From NCBI RefSeq assembly GCF_030028105.1, contig NC_092379.1:18887309-18951308 (forward strand): a stretch of DNA of 64,000 bases, in the 5' to 3' direction. Below, piece after piece: positions 40,331 through 50,689 of this stretch (position 1 is the stretch's first letter; every line of letters begins with the position of its first letter). The notes beneath the pieces were generated by a model. The model was not told where the DNA came from. It did not search any database and saw only the letters and a list, made by a program, of their open reading frames with translations. Position numbers and translations under genes: made by a program. This stretch comes from Mobula birostris (Eukaryota).

Positions 40331-41649
40331 AAGATCCTGAGCATGTACTCAGATCACCTCGATGCAATGAAACTTCAAGACAGGGTGCGAGCCGACGATT
40401 GACTCCATTTCGCCATTTAAAGCATTCATTAAGCGAGTGAACGTCTTGGCGCCGATGCCTGTCTTTTGATCGCTGCTGGAGATGGATTCTGTGAGCGGCC
40501 TTTTGCTTTGTGTCTTGCTGTGACAGGCGGGTCGGCCTCTCTGCCTCGTGTGGTGTCCCTCTCCTGTCTTTCAATGAATGTCGGTGATATCGGAGATGGT
40601 ATTGTGGTTCTGTATTTGTGGATTCGACTGTTGTGTTTATGGACTGTGGACATTTTCAGACTTATATTCTGTGTTTTTTATCGCCCGTTCCTTTTCTGTT
40701 TTGTAGTGTGAGGGGAGGGTGTTTGGGGGTCGGTGTTCTGTTAGCTTTTTGTGTGGGGGAGGGGTTGTTTTGTGGGGTCGGTGTTACTGTTCTGTTTTGT
40801 GAAGGGGGGTATCGGGGGGGGATTGATGATTGGGATGCCATTTTTGTCAGTGGGGGGATGGGGTGAGTTTCATGTTTCTCTCTGAACGACTTTCATGTTC
40901 TTTCTTGTTTTCGTGGCTATCTGGAGAACACAAATTTTAAGTTGTATGTGGATACAGGCTTTGATAATAATGAACCTTTGTACAATTCCAATTGAACTTA
41001 GTGAAGGAATCAGATGCCCTTCAGCTCTGTCAGACTTTTCAGGCCATTACTTCCTACAAGGTGAAACCTAACAACATCACTGTGATGTTGTTAAACATGT
41101 TTTTTGCAGGTTTCTCAGTTATGTCCCATATCAGCACTGTCTTGATGTTCAGCAGTCACTTGGAAATGTTCCCCTTATTGCTGAATGCTGGTGTTATTCC
41201 ACAAGAAGTATAGAATTCTGTCAATGCTTGAGTAATTCTAACAAAACATTCTTCTTTCTGGTATTCCTTGGGATCACTGAGTTGCCCTCTTGGACTGAAT
41301 TCAGTGTCCGGCACGTGGACCAATGTAACTTTAGCAATTTGTCTGATCCAGGATTTAAACACAAAGCATAACAGATTGGACAGGAGACTGGTTAGACCCC
41401 TGTGTCTTGTCTCACCGATTTGTCTTGTGCCCAACATTATCAAAGGGTCATCCGTCCTTTGACAGAGTCAATTTAGAATTTCAGCCCCGTTCACCTTCAT
41501 CACCTCATGCCTCACAGCCATTGGGTGAAAAACAGGTTCCAGTTCTTGCTGACTGGAGTTAGACAACAGGGAATCTGGCCAAAGAAACTGGAATTGGGAT
41601 CTGAGTCACACTGAAGCAACAATGTACACAAATGAATGAGTGTATGGAC

Positions 41650-42290
41650 AACCAGAAACACAGGAGATTCTACAGATGCTGGAAATCTTGAACAACACAC
41701 ACAAAGTGCTGGAGGAACTCGGCAAGTCAGGCAGCATCTATGGATGGAAATAAACAGTCGATATTTTGGGCTGAGAGATTTCACTGGTACAGGAAAGGAA
41801 GTGGGCAGAAGCCAGAATAAGAAGGTGGGAGGAGTAGAGAGGAATACATTCTGTCAGATGAGAGGTGAGACCAGGTGAGGGGGAAAGTGTGTGGATGGGG
41901 GAGGCAGTATGAAGTAAGAAGCTGGTAGGGCATAAGTGGAAGAGATAAATGGCTGAAACAGAAGGAATCTGAGAGGACAGTGGACCATGGAGGGAAGTGC
42001 AGGAGAAGGGGAACCAAATGGAAATGATGGGAAGGTGAGGAGAAACGAAGGGATGAGGGTGTATCTAGTATGAGGAATAGAATAAAAGGGAGAATAAAGG
42101 AGTGGGGGATCATTACTGGAAGTTAAAAAATAAGTATTCATGGAATCAGTTTGGCAGGTACCTGGATGGAATATGAGGTGTTGCTACTCCAACCTGACTT
42201 TGGCCTCACCATGGCAGTAGAGGAGCCCATGGACAGACATGACAGAATGGGAATGGAAAGTCAAATTGAAATAGGTGGCCACGAGGATAA
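41650..42290 (+). mobile_element. Penelope-like element terminal fragment
   Basis: cacacaaagtgctggaggaactcggcaagtcaggcagcatctatgga followed by a purine-rich tract; similar to ~62520-62600. Confidence 0.55.
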
Positions 42291-42809
42291 TAGAAATGTG
42301 ATTGGAGAGGTAGTCAGTTTCAATCGTGTTTTATTCTCTCTCTGTTAAACTTCAATCCCAATGGATACCAGAGGCAGGTCTAGAATCCAGTAAGTGGATA
42401 GCAATAAAATTCATTGATGAATTGTATACACAGCCAATCACTTTATTTCACACTTTCCTGCTGAACAATGATACTGTTGGGTAGAACCATCGGAGAATGT
42501 TGCATTGAGATTACTCTGGTAAAAGAACTTTGGCACAGGCTCCGAAAAACAGCTGGGACATTTTCCACCTGGAAATGGAAGATTCATAGATTTAAGTGTT
42601 AGATATTTTTACCTCTTTTCCCATGCTTGGAAAAAAGGAAGCCCCACATATTCCCACTCTGTATCCTTTGTATATCACATCCTATCAGGATGAGGTTTTG
42701 TCAGCCATGATAAATGAATGTGCTCTCTGAACCTGGTCGAGGATCTGAGGACACAAGGTCACAACATTCACTTGAGGATTGGGCATCAATTCAAAATTAA
42801 TCCCGCCAC

Positions 42810-42877
42810 CTACATTTCAGTGAGTGGACAATCGACAGAAGAGTCTGTCAGGAAACACTGGAAATAGACTCTGGAGA
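42810..42877 (-). CDS. Candidate IgW short-form secretory exon (xSRVYFQCFLTDSSVDCPLTEM*)
   Basis: ttttgtatttgtttcag|TC acceptor, phase 1; 21 codons with two Cys then TAG; AATAAA at 42442-42447 and 42330-42335; lies between the CH1 remnant and CH3. Confidence 0.5.
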
Positions 42878-43039
42878 CTGAAACAAATACAAAATTGCAG
42901 AGATATTTTTTTGAGGAACTAACACTGAGAAGACAGTGAAAAGGGAACAGGGAGATTTTCTCTAGAAGGTAAAACATGGGACGTGAGCTTTGCTCACTAA
43001 ATTATTTTCATTATAACTACAAACATAGACAACTAAAAT

Positions 43040-43501
43040 TATTGCACCAACACCGCCGGGTATTTCTTATTTTTTTTTAGCATGTCATACCAGACATTCA
43101 GCCATTCTTGTCTGGCACGTGGTGTCAGGATTAACCGGGTCACGTTATGAACGTTCCTGACTCGACCCTTATATATTTCTTACGAGGCCAAGTGGCTATC
43201 TCGACACTCAACCGGGCACGGATGGACAGCGTGCTCGGGAGTGGGGAAAGCGTGCTAGGGAGTGGCCTAACCAGGATTTGAACTCGGGAACATTCGCTCC
43301 AGAATCTGGTGCTGATCTCACTGCGCCACCAGCCGGCCTGGAATTTCTTAATTCCAGTGGTGATGTCCCCACTGTTAGTGGACCATGTCTGACTGATGCT
43401 CTCAGGCTAATAGTCCTTGACCAGACAGAGGAGGCTGATGCCTTGGTCAGATTCTGTGTTGCAGGAAGGAGTGATGTAGACTGATGGTGCGGACTTGACC
43501 T
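43040..43501 (-). pseudogene. IgW CH1 exon, inactivated
   Basis: cag|AG GTC: EVKSAPSVYITPSCNTESDQGISLLCLVKDY*PESISQTWSTNSGDITTGIKK; TAG at 43409-43407; SINE insertion; resumes KKYPAVLVQ* and the exon homology then ends. Confidence 0.88.
43070..43339 (-). mobile_element. tRNA-derived SINE inserted in the CH1 exon
   Basis: A box TGGCGCAGTG, B box GAGTTCAAATCC, poly(A) end; 11-bp TSD TAAGAAATTCC (43350-43340) / TAAGAAATACC (43069-43059). Confidence 0.88.
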
Positions 43502-46500
43502 CTGAAATGGAAAGAAATTCACAGGCGGTTCTCTGAATAAATGCATTACTGGCAGAGAAAGGAGACGTTTTATAAAGCAGTAATTTTCAAAATTATTCAC
43601 CTCATGAAACAAAGCTGATATCACTTTAACACTCAGCTGTGAGTCTGTGTCGCTGAGGTAGGAGGGTGTGGATCAATCCCACAGTGGCAACTTGGACTCA
43701 CAATCCAGGCCAACACTTCAGTGCAGGACTGAGGCAGTGACCCAATGTCCGATTGGTGGAATTTCAGCCAAAATACCAAAGTGACAATCTGTCTCTCCTC
43801 CAAATACAATTCCTGATTCGGAAAAGTCTGTTAGCACTTGATCAATGAAGTTTACAAAAAAAGTAAGATTTAGAAGTAACTTATTGGAATAATTCTGATG
43901 TGTTCAGTGTTGCTGTTGATGAGAGGAGTGATTGGTGTGGATATAGTGGTACCGAGTCTCCAGCACCATGTGTGCAGTATAGTGGAGGTTGGGAAATGGA
44001 CTCTGCTTCTGAAATTCAACTCAACAGACTACATGATGCAGCTGACACTGCCTCACATATTTACCGTGTGTGACTGAGCAAGAATTCCAACCCCACTGAG
44101 TCTGTGGAAACTACTGGCTAACTGGGAGGGAATGGTAACTTGCATCAGAAAGGACAGAGGAACTGTGGAAATACATTAGCCCAGACTCTGTGGAGAAGTG
44201 TCGGCCAACACAACCGACAGTGACGATGAGATTCCTGGGGAGATGGAGAATTCTCAAAGTGTTGTTAGATGTAGGTGATATTCTCACTGAACGACCAGCC
44301 CAGAGAGGAAATGCAGGTTGTAGCAATTCCCAACCACTTAAGGTGTGAAATACACTTGAAAGCACTGTTTCTTAATTCATTTCACAGGAAAAGGAGACGT
44401 GTTGACTTACTAAGGTAGGTAAAGGTGTGAAGATCAATTAGCTAATTGACCAATTGACAGCTTTGACAGGTGGATATGTGGTTTGACCAGTTGTCAGAGT
44501 TACCTTGAACAGTGTTGTGGACGGGGTTTGTTCTGACCCACTGACGTGACATCATTCACCTCATGATTGACACTGTCAATGACAGATTGTTGCTGGTGGA
44601 TGAGGTTAAAATCACCCAAAAAGACTGTGTGGACACAGCAGGAGCTCTGGGAGTAGGAGACTAGCGGGAGGGTATGTGTCAGACAGTGTGAATTGCAGTA
44701 GATGAGGGCTTTGTTGCCCAACAGTAAGATGGTCAACAGACACACACAGGCTTCAGATCGATTCTGCTATTGGAAGGGCAGCAAATTCAACATTTGGAGT
44801 GGAAGTGGAGTGGTGGGAAGGTCACAATTTCATTCAGGGGCAAAATAATGAAATATTCACTTCACAGTCATCACTCTGGGACAAAAGGCATAAAATATTG
44901 AAATCTGGGTTTCAAATAGAATGAATATAAATCAATAACTATCTCAAGTAGATAGGAATCGATATAATGTAACTGGTCAGTAATGACAGCTGCATTGTTT
45001 TGAACCATTTCAAGGTGACACTGGGGACTGTGAACTCAGAATATTTGCCTTCCTGAGCAAACACAGGTGATTCAGGTTGACAGGACAGGCAGAGCAGAGA
45101 AATGGTCCCTTTCTCATTCCTTTCAGACTGGGCCTGAAACAACCAGTGAAATGCTGACGTCAGACTCCCCATCGGGGACACAACTTCTGTCAAACAGTGG
45201 GACAAGCTGACCTGTGCTGTGATTGAAGTGTCACAGGAGAGAAAGCACAGGGCACGGTGCCAGCCGGACCATGTCCACACAGACCGGGCTGAATGGTGCT
45301 GGTTCAAACCTACTGGGACTCTCCCCACACTCCTACACTGGGAAAGGTGGGACCTCACTGGGTTTCTGGATGCTGGCGGCTTGTGTTGAGGTGTATCAGG
45401 GCCTCAGCATTAAATAGCCTCAGACAACACCCTGCTGGGACTCTGGGTCCAGAACACCCTGATGGGAGGGGTTTGTCTTGTGTTAATGCTGTCATGTAAT
45501 TAACAGGTTCAAAATGACTTGGAAACATTAAAGTTAATGTAAATTCCTGTGGCAACAATTAATTTTGCATATTTTGTTTAAAATAATAAATCTGAAATGC
45601 ATTAAAACATAATAATCAGACAGAAATCATTCCTGGATAAATCCCTTCCCAAGGCCCGGAATCCCCAGTCAGATGAATGGAAAATGTGATCCTTTGTCAG
45701 GTCCGGCCTGTGAGGGAAACGTGGAGGTGGATTTCCCAGTGTTACCCTGGGAATTCCAGCAGGACCTGGTGCCATGTGGTAGTGTGTGGTCACTGCTCTG
45801 GAGGCATATGTCACTCAGTAAATCCTGGGTTACAGTGGTCTGTGGAACTGTGAGATTGACTCCAGTGTAAGTGACTGAACACTAGTTGTCTCCTTCAGAC
45901 TGCCAGGCACAACCAGCACCATTTCACCCACACTATCCTCAGCTTCCCAGGTAGACAGTACCTCAGGAAAGGGCTGGTCAGCTGTAGTCTGAGGAGCCTT
46001 ACTGCTCTTTATCAGTGTCAACCCCTGACAGCAGGGGAATTGCTGGCCCAAAGACTAGGGACCATATGGATGGCCTATAACTAACTAGTGTTTGTCTATT
46101 CATCTACTGCATAGTCAGAATTCAGCTGAGGACTTCTCAGTGGTGGGGAACTTTAGGAATTGTAGGCCGAAAGTGACCATTCCCTTCCAACATCACCCAA
46201 GCGGACTAGATTGTCATGTCGTAGTTCAGTTTGTGGGAACAAGATGCAGACAAGTTGGAGGTTTAGTCCCCCACATGAAGTGACACACTGCAGAAGTACT
46301 TGCTGGGTTGGAAAAGGCTCTGGGATGTTCTGGGGTTGTAGAAGTCAATGAAAAACAGATTGTTTTCTTGAAAATAAATTCTGTAAAATAACACTGGAAA
46401 CAGCGTAGTTGCCAGAAATCAGACTGACGGAGTCTGGTGAAAGGTCACTGATGTGAAACATTCACTCTGCTTCTCACCCACAGATGTTCCCTGAGCTGCT

Positions 46501-46652
46501 CAGTGTCGGCAGTGCAGGAGGCACAATAATGTCAGTCGGTGAGATTTGCAGCTGAGGATCTTTTACATCCCGGGACCAGCAGGTGGTAAGTACAGTTCTG
46601 TCTGGATCAGTGATCCTCTGGGTCTTTGTAAAAACACCCAACAAACTGACTG

Positions 46653-46996
46653 CAGGGTGCTGGGGTGAAGAGAGGAACTGGATCTGGGTGGGTCACAGGG
46701 TGCTGGGGTGAAGAGAGGAACTGGATCTGGGTGGGTCACAGGGTGCGGGGGTGAAGAGGGGAACTGGATCTGAGTGGGTCACAGGGTGCTGGGGTGAAGA
46801 GGGGAACTGGATCTGGGTGTGTCACAGGGTGCTGGGGTGAAGAGGGGAACTGGATCTGGGTGGATCACAGGGTACTGGGGTGAAGAGGGGAACTGGATCT
46901 GGATGGGTCACAGGGTGCTGGGGTGAAGAGGAGAACTGGATCTGGGTGGATCACAGGGTGCTGGGGTGAAGAGGGGAACTGGATCTGGGTGGATCA
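46653..46996 (+). repeat. G-rich minisatellite, 8 x 43 bp
   Basis: Unit cagggtgctggggtgaagag(a/g)ggaactggatctgggtgg(g/a)tca starting at 46653, 46696, 46739 ... 46954. Confidence 0.95.
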
Positions 46997-49450
46997 GCTC
47001 AGAAGAAATTTGCAATGAAATAACACTTGGGAATTTGTACGAAATGATTGCCCAGAATCAGCAGATTGGGGGAGACTCAGTCTGATTTTAGTCTGTATTG
47101 TACTAAGTGGATAGAATATCGGGTAGTATGAACGAAAGATGGGCAGTTTTATTTATTCATCCTTTGGGATCTGGGCTTTGCCGGTAAAGTCTGAATGAAT
47201 TACGCATCTGAGCTGCTATTCAGAGGGCATTTGGAGACAAACACATTGATGGATCAGGAGTCATAAATAGGCTCGAAGGGTCAGGATGACAGATCTCCTT
47301 CCCTGAGGGACATCAGTAAAACTGAAGGGTCATCATTACCAATGATTGGATTTAAAAACAATACCAATTATTAAAATCTTGGAAATCCGACCACAGATCC
47401 AAATCTGTATTATGAACTGAGTATAAATTTGTCAATTTTGTTATGGTGGTATCCGTGGACTGTTCATCCATCCCTCTGCACTACTCATTTGCTTTGATGT
47501 ACTGTCCTGTTTCCAATCACTCCAAATCCAACCTTGTGCCTGTCCATTGGATCACTGTGTCCACGGTGTCCTGGACAATATTTCTCCTTCAATAACATCA
47601 CCAGAACAGACTGTCTGATCGTTCTCGCCTTGCCGTTTGTGGATTCTGCTGTATGCAGAGTGGCTCCACATTCCCGACTCTACAACAGGGCTGTACTTTG
47701 AAACAACTTCATTGCCTGTGAAGACCTCGGGGGCACCATGAAAGGTGCTCTGTAAATGTCAGCACTTTATCTCACAACCACTTTTACTGAATCACCAGCA
47801 ACACTGGTTAACGTAGGAAAACACTTGTTAAACAAACCCAGTCGGGGGATGGAGGAGGACAAGAAATTAGATGAGTTGCTCTGTCTGTGAACTAAGAATA
47901 AACAGTTCATTTGAACAGTAAAGTTCAACTCGTGTCCCGTGAGTGTGTGATGGGACAGGTTGGGGGAAGCTTCACTCTGTGTCTAATCTCTGCTGCCCCT
48001 GTCCTGGGAGGGATGGGACAGTGCAGAAGGATCTTTGTATCTAATCCGTGGCTGCCAGGACAGGACATGGGAGCTGTGATCTGCATTTAACTCATGCTCT
48101 GTGTACTCTGGGGTGCTTGTTGGAATCCCTTTGAGGAAGAATTTCCCAGATTTACAAGATAAATACTGATTCCATTGAATGATAGAGCAGAGAGTGAGGC
48201 CGTTCATCCTATTGTTTCTGTGCTTCATTTAGCTGAGCAAACCCAATAGACCCATTGGTCTCTCTGCTCTTCCCTGTATCCCTACAAAAGGCGGATCTCA
48301 TCCTGTTCCCTCTCCACACTCACTATTGGCCATCACCATCATTCAGGCAGTGTGTCCCAGATCACAAACCTTCATCAACAAACCTTCCCTTAAATGCTCC
48401 CCTATTACACATTATTGAATTGAACGCTTCCCTCCCCACCCCACCTGCACCACTCCCCACTCCCCCACCCAACAATGCAAGGCTGCCCGGAACGTGTGAA
48501 GGAATTGAGATTTCAGTTCCCCGCCTTACCTTTCCTGCACCACTTCCCCACTGCCTTCCCAACTCCAAAAATCTTCCCCACAGTACCCCACCTCCTCGCC
48601 CATCAGGGAATAAAACTAAAACCTCAATTCCATCAATTAATCCTGGGATATCGCCGATACTTTTGCTGTATCCCAGGACGGACCTCATGCCGGACATTAC
48701 ATGATGGGACTGACACCCACCTGTACCCTGGGGATATTGAGACATCAACCAGATCATACATGTGTACACCGTTCCCTCAGATTATGTCTGAATCCCATTA
48801 CCTTCAACATGAAAGCAGCCGACAGTAAAACCCAATCCCAGTAATTTGACACCGAACAGATCCATTGTTGTCACTGACAGGGAACAAGTTCAACTGCACT
48901 GAAACGCTCAGCCCCTGAACGTGGCTTCAGTCGGTGCTGAGGATCAGAAGCCAGACTTGAACCAAACACTGAGCTCACTCAGCACAATCGGCCGGTGTCA
49001 AGGCACAGTCTGGTGACAAGATCCGACCCCATTCCCCTGAGCCTGTTCCCGGTCTGTGGACAGTGCACTGGTGGGTGGGGTGTGTACCCTTGTACTGTTA
49101 CTGTGCTCTAGAGAAACCCGCCGGTTCGGGGAGATTCATGTACTTTCTCTAAATATCAACATGATCCCTGTCCGGACCGGGAGCAGCCGCTTCCAGGATT
49201 TCCATCCCAAACTCTGTCCTTGTCTCTTGTTGGCGTGTGAGTAAAGGCATTTTCACAATTTCCCTGTCTGCGGACACCGGCTCCCGCCATCCCCCAGAAT
49301 CAGAGTCAAATCCTTTTGGGCTTTTAATTGTCCAGAAATGGGCATTTGCGCCCAGCAGTCCGAGTAAGGCTTCAGGGATTTGACTCTGGGAAGCAGCAAT
49401 GCGGAATCCGTGGAGACAGACTGCGCTGCAGACGCTCCTTTGTCGGGACC

Positions 49451-49478
49451 AATTTCTGTTCAGCTCCCCATCACCGTG
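49451..49478 (-). promoter_or_regulatory. Recombination signal sequence with 12-bp spacer
   Basis: CACGGTG-ATGGGGAGCTGA-ACAGAAATT; no nonamer at a 22 or 23 bp spacing. Confidence 0.8.
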
Positions 49479-49487
49479 CTCCCACCC
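49479..49487 (-). other. D-like segment (GGGTGGGAG) fused in frame to VH
   Basis: Lies between TGT GCG AGA (CAR) and a 12-RSS; encodes GWE. Confidence 0.65.
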
Positions 49488-49783
49488 TCTCGCACAGTAA
49501 TAGGTGGCAGTGTCGTCCAGTCTCAGGTTGTTCATTTGCAGATAGACGGTGCTGCTGTCCTTGGAAACAGTGAACCGGCTCTGGACTCCAGGCGCGTTGT
49601 ACTTGTTACCACCACTCGATATGTCTGCCAGCCACTCCAGCCCTTTCCCGGAGACCTGTCTCACCCAGTCCATGCTATAGCTGCCGAGGCTGAACCCACT
49701 GACCGCACAGTCAGTCTGTGAGAATGTCCGGGCTTTACCACAAGCTGACTCGGGCTGTGTCAGCACGACGGCGGACCGCACGC
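49488..49783 (-). CDS. IGHV: Ig heavy-chain variable exon (VH), IgW cluster
   Basis: ttgacag|GC GTG CGG TCC; AVVLTQPES...C22...[14 protein letters not shown]...[31 protein letters not shown]. Confidence 0.95.
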
Positions 49784-49892
49784 CTGTCAATAAAAAAGAG
49801 CAGAAATTAATAAAATGTTCTACGGTCAGGGGTTCACAAAGCCTCTGAGAAACAGCCGGTCCCGGTTGAGCGACAAGCGGCGGGACACCCAC

Positions 49893-49938
49893 CTGCCAGA
49901 CAAGACAAGGGAAGACAGAAATAAGGCACGACCCCCAT
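49893..49938 (-). CDS. VH leader exon ([16 protein letters not shown])
   Basis: 46-bp phase-1 exon, donor G|gtgggt, 109-bp intron to VH; joined leader ends in GVRS. Confidence 0.85.
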
Positions 49939-49939
49939 C

Positions 49940-50160
49940 GCCCTGAACACTGAGCCGGACTTGGACACTTTGAGATCGGCGGCTTCAGCTCAGGCCGGCT
50001 TTGTCCGGAGTCGCAGTGAGCGCTGTTTAGATAGGGACGTGGGCTGTGAGTGAGAGAGGGAGCCGCGGTTTGAACAGGCTCTCACACACTGAAACCAGAG
50101 GCGCAGCTTCCTGTCCCCACCCACAGCAGCGATTTCAATTCCCCAAAAGATGTTTGTCTC
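49940..50160 (-). promoter_or_regulatory. Putative VH promoter
   Basis: TATA-like TATCTAAA (50033-50026), ETS-like CAGGAAG (50113-50107), CpG-rich; no ATGCAAAT octamer seen. Confidence 0.4.
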
Positions 50161-50689
50161 TGCAACAGGCGGCAGGTCAGCGGCAGTGACCAGATCCGGA
50201 TTAAAGATCGGTCACTCTCTGTTCGATTCATCAATTTCAGCGATGAACAGTTTGTTTAAACTGAAACACACAGAATCCCAGCGAGAGAGAATGAGAGACA
50301 CCAGTCAGTGGACAGATATCCCCCGGGAGACAGGGACTGAGAGACCAGTCAATGGACAGATATTCTCCTTAGAGACATAGGCTGAGACTGTCTTTGCAGG
50401 AAAATGTATGAAGCAACAAAAAGAGTTACCACACAATCTTCTCACTGCTCCCACACCACAAGAATCAATGCTAAACAGCGATTCCTGGTGGAAATGGGTG
50501 GAATTTACACTTATAAGGTATTTTCTCTTTCAGGGACTTGGCACCATGAATTTCAGTGCCAAGCCCTCAGCAGTTCTCCCCACAAAATCTTTTTAACCTG
50601 TTTCAGTGTGATACTGGTTGAGGGATCAATGTCGGAACAGATAGTGGAGAACTTTCCAAACCTTTTATGTCCACCTGACACAACAACCC

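Noticed and set aside
43270-43339. tRNA gene (also ~57960-58025)
   Set aside because: These are SINE heads attached to SINE bodies and tails, without a full cloverleaf.
45040-45110. TISLLCLSCQPES as a second CH1/CH2 remnant
   Set aside because: Short peptide coincidence; no Ig Trp or second Cys, no exon boundaries, and weak nucleotide similarity to CH1.
44400-46600. Intronic enhancer suggested by E-box (CAGGTG, CAGCTG) and Runx (TGTGGT) motifs
   Set aside because: Short motifs expected by chance, no exact octamer, and no conservation data available.
46653-46996. CRISPR-like array
   Set aside because: No unique spacers; a plain tandem repeat in a vertebrate genome.
48528-48555. QWGSGAGK|gtaagg as a JH segment
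   Set aside because: No RSS upstream, no VTV strand, and wrong splice phase.
49080-49118. GGTTTCTCT as the nonamer of a JH 23-RSS
   Set aside because: No heptamer at 22/23 bp and no J coding sequence follows; at most a deletion scar.
49149-49892. 247-aa ORF as a single-exon gene
   Set aside because: It starts inside the leader intron and reads through the RSS; only the VH portion is a real exon.
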